DNA of 64,000 bases from Candidatus Dormiibacterota bacterium (GTDB lineage Archaea; Thermoproteota; Bathyarchaeia; 40CM-2-53-6), in NCBI GenBank assembly GCA_035637535.1, contig DASPWZ010000049.1, positions 42,539 to 106,538 of the forward strand, in the 5' to 3' direction. The notes beneath the pieces are model-generated. The model made no database searches. It was not told where the DNA came from and saw nothing but the letters and a program-made list of their open reading frames with translations. Shown here one piece after another: positions 27,714 through 36,965 of the stretch. The translations under genes were made by a program, and so were the position numbers. Each line of letters starts with the position of its first letter. Position 1 is the first letter of the stretch.

Positions 27714-28133
27714 GTGGGCGACAAACGCGATATCGATAGGGCGCGGGCCGAACTCGAACGAGTCGATGCGATGTGGGCCGCAGCCGCAGCCGAGCGTGAC
27801 GTTGAGCGAATTGTTTCGTTTTGGGCTGACGATGCGATCGTTATTCCGCCGGGACAACTTGCTATTATCGGCAAAGATGCAATTCGGGACTACGTGACTG
27901 CGAGCCTAAAGATCCCGGATTTCAGCATTCAATGGAAGACGACTCGGTTTACGATCGCCCGAGCTTGCGACCTCGCGTACGGCGTCGGGACGAACCAAGT
28001 TTCATTCAACGACGAGAGTGGTAATCGATTCATGTTGCGAGGAAAGGCCGTGACTATTTGGCGGACGGAGAGCGGGGGTGCTTGGAAGTGTGTCGTCGAC
28101 ATCTGGAACGACGACCCGCCGCCCGATAAATAG
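27714..28133 (+). CDS. SnoaL-like / NTF2-fold protein (DUF4440-like)
   Basis: 'VSFWADDAIVIPPGQ ... AVTIWRTESGGAWKCVVDIWN' is NTF2-like. Local GC is visibly higher than in the surroundings. Confidence 0.6.
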   Translation: MGDKRDIDRARAELERVDAMWAAAAAERDVERIVSFWADDAIVIPPGQLAIIGKDAIRDYVTASLKIPDFSIQWKTTRFTIARACDLAYGVGTNQVSFNDESGNRFMLRGKAVTIWRTESGGAWKCVVDIWNDDPPPDK

Positions 28134-28201
28134 TGTGACTGTCGAGGGACAATGGAGTCGAGCGAGTGTTCAATGACCAAACCCGGAGCGGAGGGTTTGT
28201 T

Positions 28202-28325
28202 ATTGGTGCGGGGGGTGGGATTTGAACCCACGAACCCCTACGGGACGAGGTCCTGAGCTTCGCGTTCCTCAACCATTCTTGGCAGGGTTGAGTTCTCGCG
28301 CCTTTGACCTGGCTTGGCAACCCCC
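28202..28325 (-). tRNA. tRNA-Leu (anticodon CAG) with a ~36-nt intron at a non-canonical position in the anticodon stem; CCA encoded
   Basis: Manual fold: acceptor GCGGGGG/CCCCCGC. Leu-type D-arm 'GCCAAGCCAGGTCAAAGGC'. Exon junction CGAG|G-CTCAGGA-CCTCG gives anticodon CAG. Long variable arm 'TCCCGTAGGGGTTC'. T-arm GTGGG-TTCAAAT-CCCAC. Discriminator A plus CCA. The intron forms a CTCAACC/GGTTGAG hairpin. Confidence 0.8.
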
Positions 28326-28403
28326 GCGCTGAGTCGAGAGAATTCTGAACTAGTCTGATAAAGCCTTCAAGCCGCGCAGGGATGCAAGCGATATTCTCCC
28401 AGT

Positions 28404-28661
28404 CTATATTCTTGGTCTGATGTGTCTGTATTCTTCGATCTCTTTGAGCCGTTTCTCCCAGTCTCTCATCTGTCTGTCGCGGAGGACCGTGTTGAGTATT
28501 TGGCTTGTGTTCATGTGGAGTTGGGTCCAGCGTTCCCGTGTCTTCAGATCCTTGTCATGGTCAAGCATGATCTTCCTAGACTCTACCAGGCTTTCGAGTA
28601 GCTCTGTTATGATCTGGGTTCGGACCGCGTCTTCTTCTACTGGGTCGTTGTTCTCTGTCAA
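28404..28661 (-). CDS. Hypothetical small helical protein (85 aa)
   Basis: ORF. There is a 2-nt gap to the upstream small ORF on the same strand. Confidence 0.35.
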   Translation of the reverse strand: MTENNDPVEEDAVRTQIITELLESLVESRKIMLDHDKDLKTRERWTQLHMNTSQILNTVLRDRQMRDWEKRLKEIEEYRHIRPRI

Positions 28662-28663
28662 TG

Positions 28664-28936
28664 CTAGGACATTACGCTCCCGTCCGGCTCCTCTGACGCG
28701 AGGGTCATCTTTCGGGCCTGAGCCGCTACCTGGCTGATCGCATCATCCTTCAGAGTACTTCTCCATAGCCGCAGCAGTCTGGAACCTGTGCTGCTGAGCA
28801 GCTGCTTCTGCCCCTGGTCGAGAGTCTTGTCCCTGGACCCTTCCTCGAGATTGTCTAGGACCGCAATGGTTAGCCTGCGAATGTTCACCAGCAACTCCTT
28901 ACGACCAGACTCTCCTCCAGAATCCTCTTCCACCAT
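28664..28936 (-). CDS. Hypothetical small helical protein (90 aa)
   Basis: ORF. First gene of a two-gene unit that ends next to tRNA-Leu. Confidence 0.35.
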   Translation of the reverse strand: MVEEDSGGESGRKELLVNIRRLTIAVLDNLEEGSRDKTLDQGQKQLLSSTGSRLLRLWRSTLKDDAISQVAAQARKMTLASEEPDGSVMS

Positions 28937-29370
28937 TCTCTATCTCCTCTAACGCCTCTTTCATCGGGCGTCACGTCTTGTAGACACGGCAAGACCCGGA
29001 AAACGCGTCAAGACCAGTCTACGAGACGCTACTTCCCAATGATTCTAAGGCACTAGGACGAGAGCCGTTCCTCCCAATAAACGATGTCGTCGAAGACCCT
29101 AGCAGCATACGGAACAGCTAACCGAAGGATACGAAACCGCCCCCAGACACTGAACGTATTCCAACGTCCGAGACAGACGGAAAAATACGTTTTCCAGCAG
29201 AGAAAAAAATTCTTAACAACCCCCCAGGGGCCCATCAAATCTTCCCACAGACTCAAGAAGAACTCTGTACCGCCGACCCAGAAGGGCCGCCTTTCCGCAT
29301 CGGACCCATGAGATAAGGAAGGTGTTAGAAAAAGGGGGTTTGTGTCCCAGGTGGGTCTCGAGAGATATTT

Positions 29371-29658
29371 CTATTTCAACCGTTCAAGTATTATCTCTAT
29401 GGTGGAGACGTTCCGTGCATCCTGGCCATCACCGACAATCTCCGTGCCCAAGTTCACATGCTTCGACAAGCCGCCCTGGAAGAAGCGGTTATTCACCACC
29501 TCAGCCACGTCAACGGCAGTGCTGATGGCTCTTCCACGAGCCTTTAGGGTCAGCTTCTTGGCGCCCGTGTTATAGTGCATCATGACAGCCGTAGCATAAG
29601 CCATGATCGGCTTCTTACCGATCAGTATAGTGTCCGGTGGAATATCAGTTCTACGCAC
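29371..29658 (-). CDS. albA: Alba (Sso10b-type DNA/RNA-binding chromatin protein)
   Basis: 'ILIGKKPIMAYATAVMMHYNTGAKKLTLKARGRAISTAVDVAEVV ... NVSTIEIILE' is the Alba fold signature. The start is placed at an in-frame GTG (MRRTDIPPDTILIGKK...). The ORF-track N-extension to 29847 is low-complexity and unlikely to be real. Confidence 0.75.
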   Translation of the reverse strand: MRRTDIPPDTILIGKKPIMAYATAVMMHYNTGAKKLTLKARGRAISTAVDVAEVVNNRFFQGGLSKHVNLGTEIVGDGQDARNVSTIEIILERLK

Positions 29659-30076
29659 AGGGGCAGGAGCCCTCTCAGTCTTCCTTGGTTCTTCTGACAA
29701 GCAATTCACCTCCGACAGCGCGAGTACGATGTCCGGCAAAACGCCACTAAGACGGAAGACCCCTAAATAGCTATCTGAAACCCGAGATCCCAACGCACCT
29801 CGACCAGACCTCTGAAGCCCCCGGCTCAACCCAGCAGCACTAGACACTCGCTCATTCTCAATCTAGCCGAAACAACCTCGGGAAGACGTCTCGATACCAG
29901 AGCTCAGGAATCCGAGATCCAAACTTCCCGCTAGAAAATGTCTCCTGATTCTGTAATCAAATCCCAGAAAAACTCTTCGCGACTCGTTCAAATTAGCTGA
30001 ACAGGCTACGAATTGTTCCTTCCTTCTTGTTCAAATTCCAACGTTTATCTCCAACGGAAGCATAAGATATCCTTCT

Positions 30077-30334
30077 ATGCCCAAATTCATGCAGTCACTC
30101 GGAGAAGAAAACTACCACAGACTCCTCGCGGAGGCAAAAGCAAGAGACGTCACCGTACAAGCACTAATCCGCACCATCGTCATTCCAGACTGGCTCAAAG
30201 CGGTCCCAACGGGACAGACAAACATCCAGAACACCCTGGCACAACCCACGCGCCTCCTACCCCGCACAGGCATACTCACGGAGCAGGCCCGCAGGCCTCT
30301 CCTAAACGCCACAATCGGGCGGGCTAGAACCTAG
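30077..30334 (+). CDS. Putative ribbon-helix-helix (CopG/Arc-like) small protein
   Basis: Predicted N-terminal beta strand plus two helices: 'KFMQSL..EENYHRLLAEAKARDVTVQALIRTIV'. Confidence 0.3.
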   Translation: MPKFMQSLGEENYHRLLAEAKARDVTVQALIRTIVIPDWLKAVPTGQTNIQNTLAQPTRLLPRTGILTEQARRPLLNATIGRART

Positions 30335-30434
30335 CCCCGCTCCCTTTTTTTCCTGCGATACGCATCTCCACTAAGAACGTAAGATTCTAGGCCTCAATTC
30401 TCAGAGACGCTACTGGCCATCTGCCTTCTGTGCA

Positions 30435-32654
30435 TCAAGCCACGGGAGTCGTCCGCAACTTGGGCCGTGCCGAGTCGGAAAACTGTTCCGAGAACCGCTC
30501 GTACATCTTCAACTCCTCAGTAGACATAGGCTTGATCTTCTGCAAAGCCTCATCAAAGTGTCGCTTAGCCACCTTCAGACCCTTAGCCCGCTTCTTCGCA
30601 TCCTCCGGATCCTTAGCCTTGGAAATATGCTCCCGCAAAGCCAGCATCACACCCGTATTAGCCAAAGACGCGATATCCGCGCCAGTATAGCCATCAGTCT
30701 TCCGAGCCAGCTCATCCAAGTTCACATCCTCTGCCAAGGGAGTCTTACGAGTATGAATCTTGAAGATCTGCTTCCTCGCCTCCAAGTCTGGAGGAGGAAC
30801 GAACAGCAACCGGTCAAACCTACCCGGTCTCAATAGGGCGGAGTCAATAATGTCCGGTCTATTCGTAGCCGCGATGATGATGACGTTTCGAAGCTCCTCA
30901 AGACCATCCATCTCGGTCAAGAACTGGCTAATCACCCTCTCAGTCACGTGCGAGTCACCACCGCCACTTCCGCGGGTGGGTGCAACCGAGTCAATCTCAT
31001 CGAAAAATATTATACAAGGTGAGGCTTGCCGTGCCTTCCGGAAGACCTCCCGGACCGCCTTCTCAGACTCTCCCACGAACTTGTTCAGCAGCTCCGGACC
31101 CTTCACGCTAATGAAGTTAGACTCGCTCTCGTGAGCCACCGCCTTCGCTAACAAAGTCTTACCCGTCCCCGGCGGACCATACAAAAGTAGGCCTTTCGGC
31201 GGAGTAGCATTCAACTGTGCAAACAAGTCTGGATACTTCAGCGGCCATTCAACAGCTTCTCGCAATTCCTCTTTCACGTCCTCTAATCCGCCAACCTGGT
31301 CCCAGGTCACGTCTGGAATCTCAACTAGCACCTCCCGCATTGCTGAGGGCTCTATCTCCTTCAGGGCGTCCTGAAAATCCGCCATCTTCACGATAATCTT
31401 GTTCAGGATATCACCTGGGATGCTCTGGGCCTCAAGGTTGATCTCCGGCAGAATCCTCCGCAGCGCCCGAATGGCCGCCTCCTTCGCCAGCGACTCGAGA
31501 TCCGCGCCGACAAAACCATGCGTCACATCCGCGAGCTTCTTCAAGTCGACATCCTCAGCCAACGGCATCCCACGGGTGTGAATCTCCAACACTTCCAGCC
31601 GGCCATCACGATCAGGTACGCCAATCTCGATCTCACGGTCAAACCGGCCCGGCCGACGCAACGCTGGATCTATCGCATTCGGACGATTCGTCGCCCCGAT
31701 CACCACCACCTTCCCCCGTGACTGGAGACCATCCATCAAGGACAAGAGTTGCGACGTAACTCGTTTCTCTACCTCTCCAGTGACCTCTTCTCTCTTCGGT
31801 GCGATCGAGTCAATTTCGTCGATGAAGATGATCGAAGGGGCATTCTCCTGTGCTTCCTTGAAAACGTCCCGTAGCCTCTCCTCGCTCTCACCGTAATACT
31901 TGCTCATGATCTCCGGCCCACCAATGCTGAGAAAGTTCGCGTTCGTCTCACTCGCAACCGCTCTAGCTAGCAAAGTCTTCCCCGTGCCTGGAGGTCCATG
32001 AAGCAAGACACCCTTCGGCGCCTCGACTCCCAATCTCTCAAACAACTCCGGATGTCTCAACGGGAGCTCAATCATCTCCCGGACCTTCTGGATCACGGGT
32101 CGCAGACCGCCAATGTCCTCGTAACTGATCTTAGGAATCGCACGAATTGGTTCCTTGACCTGTTCACCGACAAGAACCTCCGTTCCCTCAGTAACAATCA
32201 CGGCTTCAGCGGGAGGACTCGTATTAGTCACAACCAGATTGACAGTCCGTCCCATGATATTGATCGGAACGAAGTCTCCCCGCGACAGAACCCGCCCCTC
32301 CAGGAGTTGGCTAAGATACTCTTCCCCGCCGACGATACGGAGCGGCTCTGTCGGGGCCAACGTCAAACGTTCCGCGATCTTCGCGTCTATCTTCCGAATA
32401 GTGACCTTATCATCAATGGAGACTCCCGCGTTGTTCCTAAGATAGCCATCGATCCGGACAATCCCCTTTCCATAATCCTGCTCGTGAGCAGGCCAGCACA
32501 GCGCGTTCGTCTTCCTCTTCCCAACAATCTGGACGACATCACCAGAGGTAAGTCCGAGTTCTTGGACAACTTTCGGGTCTATTCGAGCTATCCCTCGCCC
32601 CACGTCCCGCTGGAGAGCATCTGCGACTCGTAGAGTTGCCGTCTTCTCTGGCAA
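30435..32654 (-). CDS. cdc48: CDC48/VCP-like AAA+ ATPase (two AAA domains plus N-domain)
   Basis: 739 aa. Two Walker A motifs 'GPPGTGKT'. SRH regions and N-terminal double-psi barrel region. Confidence 0.92.
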   Translation of the reverse strand: MPEKTATLRVADALQRDVGRGIARIDPKVVQELGLTSGDVVQIVGKRKTNALCWPAHEQDYGKGIVRIDGYLRNNAGVSIDDKVTIRKIDAKIAERLTLAPTEPLRIVGGEEYLSQLLEGRVLSRGDFVPINIMGRTVNLVVTNTSPPAEAVIVTEGTEVLVGEQVKEPIRAIPKISYEDIGGLRPVIQKVREMIELPLRHPELFERLGVEAPKGVLLHGPPGTGKTLLARAVASETNANFLSIGGPEIMSKYYGESEERLRDVFKEAQENAPSIIFIDEIDSIAPKREEVTGEVEKRVTSQLLSLMDGLQSRGKVVVIGATNRPNAIDPALRRPGRFDREIEIGVPDRDGRLEVLEIHTRGMPLAEDVDLKKLADVTHGFVGADLESLAKEAAIRALRRILPEINLEAQSIPGDILNKIIVKMADFQDALKEIEPSAMREVLVEIPDVTWDQVGGLEDVKEELREAVEWPLKYPDLFAQLNATPPKGLLLYGPPGTGKTLLAKAVAHESESNFISVKGPELLNKFVGESEKAVREVFRKARQASPCIIFFDEIDSVAPTRGSGGGDSHVTERVISQFLTEMDGLEELRNVIIIAATNRPDIIDSALLRPGRFDRLLFVPPPDLEARKQIFKIHTRKTPLAEDVNLDELARKTDGYTGADIASLANTGVMLALREHISKAKDPEDAKKRAKGLKVAKRHFDEALQKIKPMSTEELKMYERFSEQFSDSARPKLRTTPVA

Positions 32655-32893
32655 ATTCGGTCCCTAGAACATTCGTCGAATCTTGCTGGGGGCGCTAATA
32701 AGTTCTACCAAAGTACGCTTGTAAATTAGCTCTCACACAAAGACCGCACCGTTGACGTGTCAAAGGAAGTTGAATCAGCCCACTCTTCATCCCGCTCCGA
32801 CTGCTATCCGTGACCGCGCATCTCGGGTTATCGTGTGATTTATACGCCGCCAGCCACCTAGGGCGTAGGAACGTCAAGGAGAGCAGTTAGAGA

Positions 32894-33250
32894 TTGTCTG
32901 AAGACGTGAAACGAATGGCCGACCTTCTAAAATCAGGGGCGACCATGCTCTCCGACGTCTGTCCGGAATGCGGAAACCCCCTCTTCAGAGTCAAGGGAGA
33001 CATCTTTTGCGCAAAGTGTAACAAGCCAGTCGTCTATGCGCGCGCGACGGGTCCCCAAGCCACCGTATCGCAGAGCGTCCTCTTGGAGACAGTAGAACAG
33101 ACGATTGTGGGAAAGATTAGCGAGACAAATGCATTACTCAAGCTTGAGAAGGACCCTGAGAAGATGTCAGTCTACAGCAACCTAGTATTCGGCTGGCTCT
33201 CAATGCTCGAAAAGCTTCGCAGCCTGAGAGGTTCCGATAGCGAGTCATAG
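32894..33250 (+). CDS. Zn-ribbon protein of the Sjogren's-syndrome/scleroderma autoantigen-1 (p27-like, UPF0148) family
   Basis: 'LLKSGATMLSDVCPECGNPLFRVKGDIFCAKC' matches the conserved p27-family core. Confidence 0.6.
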   Translation: MSEDVKRMADLLKSGATMLSDVCPECGNPLFRVKGDIFCAKCNKPVVYARATGPQATVSQSVLLETVEQTIVGKISETNALLKLEKDPEKMSVYSNLVFGWLSMLEKLRSLRGSDSES

Positions 33251-33559
33251 GTCCAGCAGGTTCTCGGGCTTCAACAAGCGCCCACTCTCCAGGTCAGTCA
33301 ACTCGACTATTCGCCGCTTCCTTCTCGCCAGTACAACAGTTGCGCCAGCTTGCTTAGCCAAAGCCAAGAGTTCTCCCTTTCTCTCTTTTCCAAGAAAGGA
33401 TCTTCCTGCCTTACACTCGACCAATACAGAGCGGCCATTGCGTAAGCACACCAAGTCTATTGGTTTCGACTGAGCCGCACGGACGACAAAGTAGCCATTC
33501 CTTCTGAACAGATCCCTGATCCGATACTCCAACCTACGTCCGATCTCATAGTTGGACAA
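33245..33559 (-). CDS. hjc: Hjc-like Holliday-junction resolvase (PD-(D/E)xK nuclease)
   Basis: 'E..(R)..GYFVVRAAQSKPIDLVCLRNGRSVLVECKAG' gives the E...PID...ECK catalytic arrangement. At 104 aa it is shorter than typical Hjc. Confidence 0.5.
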   Translation of the reverse strand: MSNYEIGRRLEYRIRDLFRRNGYFVVRAAQSKPIDLVCLRNGRSVLVECKAGRSFLGKERKGELLALAKQAGATVVLARRKRRIVELTDLESGRLLKPENLLDL

Positions 33560-33610
33560 TGCATCGCATTGGAAATCATTCGAGTCTTAAGAACTATGAG
33601 AGGGCAGAAA

Positions 33611-34081
33611 CTATTCCACGGATCGCCTCCGTTCTTCAGGCTCCCGTCTATACGTGAGAAGGACGAAAATCGCGACAACCGCTGCCAATACTAGAACTCC
33701 GCTGAAAGCTATCTGGTTGAAAGATATACTGACAAGACTGCCGAGGATCAACAACCCGAGAGATAGTACAAAAGAAGCTACCGTCAGCTTCCCAAGATTG
33801 AAAAGCTGGACTCGCTCCCACCTCATCGCCCGCATTCTCGCGGATTCCGAAAGAGCATCGTTCTTACCCACTAACGGTTTGATAGCAGAATCAACAGTCA
33901 AGGCGGTGGTTGATGCTTCCATAAGGAAGATGACGAGCATGAATTGCAACAGAAGTACAGCGCTGTCCGGCCCAGGAAGCCCATAGAGGTCGGCGGTCAC
34001 TTTGCCCCATACTATGAGGACCAATAAGCTCCCGGACGCTGCTAAAACCGCAGTCTTGTTCCGTAGCAGCATGCCTGACAA
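33611..34081 (-). CDS. Small integral membrane protein
   Basis: 3-4 hydrophobic segments. Last gene of the MoxR-type unit. Confidence 0.4.
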   Translation of the reverse strand: MSGMLLRNKTAVLAASGSLLVLIVWGKVTADLYGLPGPDSAVLLLQFMLVIFLMEASTTALTVDSAIKPLVGKNDALSESARMRAMRWERVQLFNLGKLTVASFVLSLGLLILGSLVSISFNQIAFSGVLVLAAVVAIFVLLTYRREPEERRRSVE

Positions 34082-34218
34082 TCCGACGATTGCAACCGTT
34101 GCTGTAACGAGAATTGATTCCCGCCCAAGGGCCGATGTAGGAAGACTCAGAATAATCCATGGGGCGAGAATGACATAGTTGATCTTTAGAAATGGCGTGA
34201 TAATTGGGGAAATGAAAT

Positions 34219-35490
34219 CTAAGCGGCGGGGATGGGTCGAGTGCTCCTCACCTTCGACATCAATACTGACAATGGAACGCCTCTCTGCCAGTCAACGACG
34301 GTTGCTGATCTCTCCAGCGCAAGAAGACTAATGGATCTTTCGAGCATGACCAGTTTGAAAGCTATTTCCTCGGTTTGGTCTTGGAATGACGCAGGTGGCG
34401 TGGGCGAGGGAGACAGGACAAGCATGCTATACCCAGCAACAGTAAGTTGTTTGACTCCTTCTTTCATCTCGGGGTCCAGTAGAGGCGAGATTATCACGAT
34501 CTGTGATCGGGAGGGAAGCATTCGTCGGGCAAGCAGATTCATCACATAGCTGGTTGAGACCGTCGCTCTACCAGGTTTTGCCGCTGCCAGCAGGTAGAGT
34601 ATTCTTCTCTCATGTCTCTTTCCAAAGCCTGCAGGTATGGATCCTCTTTCCCCTCCTTGGAGGACGAGTCCGACACGGTTGCCCTGTCTTAACAACAGAC
34701 GAGTGAAGGACGCGGCAGCTTGAATTCCGCGTTCGAAAAGCTCACCTTCGCTCGGTTCGAAGAAGGTAACGTCCGTATCGAGGACAATCATCACATCGGT
34801 CACTCTCTCTGCTTCGGTTTCGTTAACGATCAGTTCGCCGTGGCGCGCCGAGGCTTTCCAGTTGATTCTCTTTGGATCGTCACCCGGAATGTAGTCGCGC
34901 ATGCTGTAGAACTCTGTTCCGAGTCCTAGTATCTTTGATGGGATAACTCCGGGCCAGGGCCCTACGTGTCGAGGACGGAGCCGGGTGTCTCTGAGGCGAT
35001 CGGGTCTCGGCATTACGGAGAGAGTTTCGGGTCCAAGCTTCTTCTCAGTTAGATAGAATCCAAACGGATCTCTCACTCTAGCTATTAGAGGGCCAATCTC
35101 ATAGTTCGCTCGGGGGGGACTGGGAAACTCGAAAATTAGGCGTAACTCCTCGGAGGGTACTACCGAAGCAGGCGTATAGCTTGCTCCTCTTCCTGGAATG
35201 ATCCTGCCGTCGAGGATTTCCTGAATCTCTATGTTTCCGAGAGTCGCGCCTGTCATGTTTCGAAGGCGCGATTCTACTCGGACGTCTTCGTCTCCGAACG
35301 TCTCGTCTGGGACAATGTCTCTCTCGAGTCTGATGTGAATCTTCTCAGGGAGGCCCCAGACGTTCGAGAAAAAGAAGAGAGAAGATAATCCGAGGATGAG
35401 CACTCCGATCTCAAGATCGTTCAGAAGTAGTGCAAGAACTAACAGGGCTGCCGTCATTAGAAAGTAGAGGATGGCCTTTGGGGTGAACAA
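34219..35490 (-). CDS. DUF58-domain protein (MoxR-associated, vWA-like)
   Basis: 423 aa. N-terminal TM pair plus the DUF58 core 'YSMRDYIPGDDPKRINWKASAR'. Confidence 0.7.
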   Translation of the reverse strand: MFTPKAILYFLMTAALLVLALLLNDLEIGVLILGLSSLFFFSNVWGLPEKIHIRLERDIVPDETFGDEDVRVESRLRNMTGATLGNIEIQEILDGRIIPGRGASYTPASVVPSEELRLIFEFPSPPRANYEIGPLIARVRDPFGFYLTEKKLGPETLSVMPRPDRLRDTRLRPRHVGPWPGVIPSKILGLGTEFYSMRDYIPGDDPKRINWKASARHGELIVNETEAERVTDVMIVLDTDVTFFEPSEGELFERGIQAAASFTRLLLRQGNRVGLVLQGGERGSIPAGFGKRHERRILYLLAAAKPGRATVSTSYVMNLLARRMLPSRSQIVIISPLLDPEMKEGVKQLTVAGYSMLVLSPSPTPPASFQDQTEEIAFKLVMLERSISLLALERSATVVDWQRGVPLSVLMSKVRSTRPIPAA

Positions 35491-35499
35491 GAATCTGCC

Positions 35500-36360
35500 C
35501 TAAGACTTTAGTCTGGGCACAGGGATCGTCCTGACAATATCCTCGATTACCTGGTTCGGATTGGTTCCCTTAACCCAAGATTCTGCTTTCATGATCAGCC
35601 GATGAACGAGTGCCGGGACCACAGCTTCCTTGACATCATCAGGGATGACGTAGTCTCTCCCGTGAAAGACGGCTCTTGCCCTGCTAAGCTTGAAAATTGC
35701 TAGAGATCCTCTTGGGCTGGCACCTATCTCAATCTGGCGCTGATTTCTAGTTGCTTGGACGATGTCCGCAATGTATCCTAAAACGTCGTCATCCACATGG
35801 ATCCCTTCAACAGTCTTCTGAAGCTCGAGAATCGTCTTCGAATCCGTAGCGGGATCTAAGACTATGTCCTCCTGACCTCGAGACATACGGCGTCGCATTA
35901 TCTCTACTTCCTCTGTTCGTGAAGGGTATCCGAGCTGGAGTCTCACTAGGAACCGGTCTAGCTGTGCCTCTGGAAGCGGATAGACTCCTTCGTACTCGAT
36001 CGGATTTTGAGTCGCAATGACGATAAAGGGGTTTTGGAGCGAATGTGTCTTTCCGTCCAGTGTAGTCTGCCTTTCCTGCATTGCCTCCAAGAGAGCAGCC
36101 TGTGTCTTCGGTGGGGCTCTATTGATCTCGTCTGCAAGTAGAATATTGGTGAACACGGGCCCTTTGCGTAGCTCGAAATCCCCCGTTTTTACGTTGTAGA
36201 CGTAGGTCCCGGTAATGTCGGCAGGAAGTAGGTCCGGGGTAAACTGAATCCTGGAAAAGTTGCATCCTATCGCCATGGCGAAGCTCCTCGCCAACAGTGT
36301 CTTGGCAAGCCCTGGATAGTCTTCGAAGAGAATGTGTGAATTTGCTAGGATAGCAAGCAT
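35500..36360 (-). CDS. moxR: MoxR-family AAA+ ATPase. The true N-terminus extends about 25 codons upstream (conserved 'TIIGQVKKAIVGKDPVLEK') with no canonical start codon in frame.
   Basis: 'EDYPGLAKTLLARSFA' Walker A region and 'ILLADEINRAPPKTQAALLEAMQE' Walker B/sensor region. The upstream in-frame translation contains the MoxR N-terminal 'IIGQ' motif. Confidence 0.8.
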   Translation of the reverse strand: MLAILANSHILFEDYPGLAKTLLARSFAMAIGCNFSRIQFTPDLLPADITGTYVYNVKTGDFELRKGPVFTNILLADEINRAPPKTQAALLEAMQERQTTLDGKTHSLQNPFIVIATQNPIEYEGVYPLPEAQLDRFLVRLQLGYPSRTEEVEIMRRRMSRGQEDIVLDPATDSKTILELQKTVEGIHVDDDVLGYIADIVQATRNQRQIEIGASPRGSLAIFKLSRARAVFHGRDYVIPDDVKEAVVPALVHRLIMKAESWVKGTNPNQVIEDIVRTIPVPRLKS

Positions 36361-36449
36361 GACCTTTTCGAGAACAGGATCCTTCCCAACGATTGCCTTC
36401 TTTACTTGGCCAATAATCGTCTGGCAGGTCTGCCCCGCATCTTCTATCC

Positions 36450-36962
36450 TCAGCCCTTCCAGGCTCCAATCAGATCGATGGCATCGCCAATCAAGCTTAT
36501 CCTCGCCAACCCGCTGGGAGGAGTGGGCCCATATAGGATATGGTAGAGAGACTCTTGTTGAAGAAGGCGTGGACCCTCCCTGGGGTCCAGCAATATTCGG
36601 CGCACTGTTTCGGTCTCTAGGCCTGTTTCGAGGGCAACCTTGGTGGTCAAGAGTTCTCTGAGCCTCGCGCGGACGACGTTTTCAAAGTATGAACTGCTTG
36701 CGCTGGCCGCCACCTTGAATTGGCCACTTAGGAAGTGTACCCGGCTTCCTCGAAGGCTCGCAGTCGATGCTATAGTTCTTCGAAGCGCGGGGCTTGTCGA
36801 CTTTCTTGCAAGGTCGCGGACAATCACTACAACTATGACGATCAGCGGAATCCCAGTCAAGGAAATAGTTGGTGTCGATTCTGAAGGGAAAATTCCCCTA
36901 ATCAGGACCAGCAGAATGGCATACGCAATCGCGGACCAAAAGAGTAGCCTGACTGTTTTCAA
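36450..36962 (-). CDS. Membrane protein (DUF4350-like position in the MoxR operon)
   Basis: 170 aa. N-terminal TM segments. Gene order DUF4129-like, this gene, MoxR, DUF58. Confidence 0.4.
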   Translation of the reverse strand: MKTVRLLFWSAIAYAILLVLIRGIFPSESTPTISLTGIPLIVIVVVIVRDLARKSTSPALRRTIASTASLRGSRVHFLSGQFKVAASASSSYFENVVRARLRELLTTKVALETGLETETVRRILLDPREGPRLLQQESLYHILYGPTPPSGLARISLIGDAIDLIGAWKG

Positions 36963-36965
36963 TTC

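Noticed and set aside
28937-29370. Possible structured ncRNA (SRP RNA or RNase P RNA) in the 430-nt gap next to Alba
   Set aside because: No SRP domain-IV or RNase P P4 consensus elements were found by eye. The two ORF-track entries there look like random-composition translations.
29659-29847. N-terminal 63-codon extension of the Alba ORF
   Set aside because: It is low-complexity (GLSRGLQRSGRGALGS...), absent from Alba homologs, and an in-frame GTG gives a canonical-length Alba.
30013-30327. 104-aa plus-strand ORF (His/Pro/Arg-rich) and the antisense 30112-30312 ORF
   Set aside because: Compositionally implausible. The overlapping 85-aa frame with an RHH-like pattern is the only candidate kept, and that at low confidence.
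36119-36469. 116-aa minus-strand ORF overlapping the MoxR 5' region
   Set aside because: It is in a different frame from the conserved MoxR N-terminal motif ('TIIGQ...LEK') and has no MoxR similarity. It was kept only as a frameshift flag in the findings.
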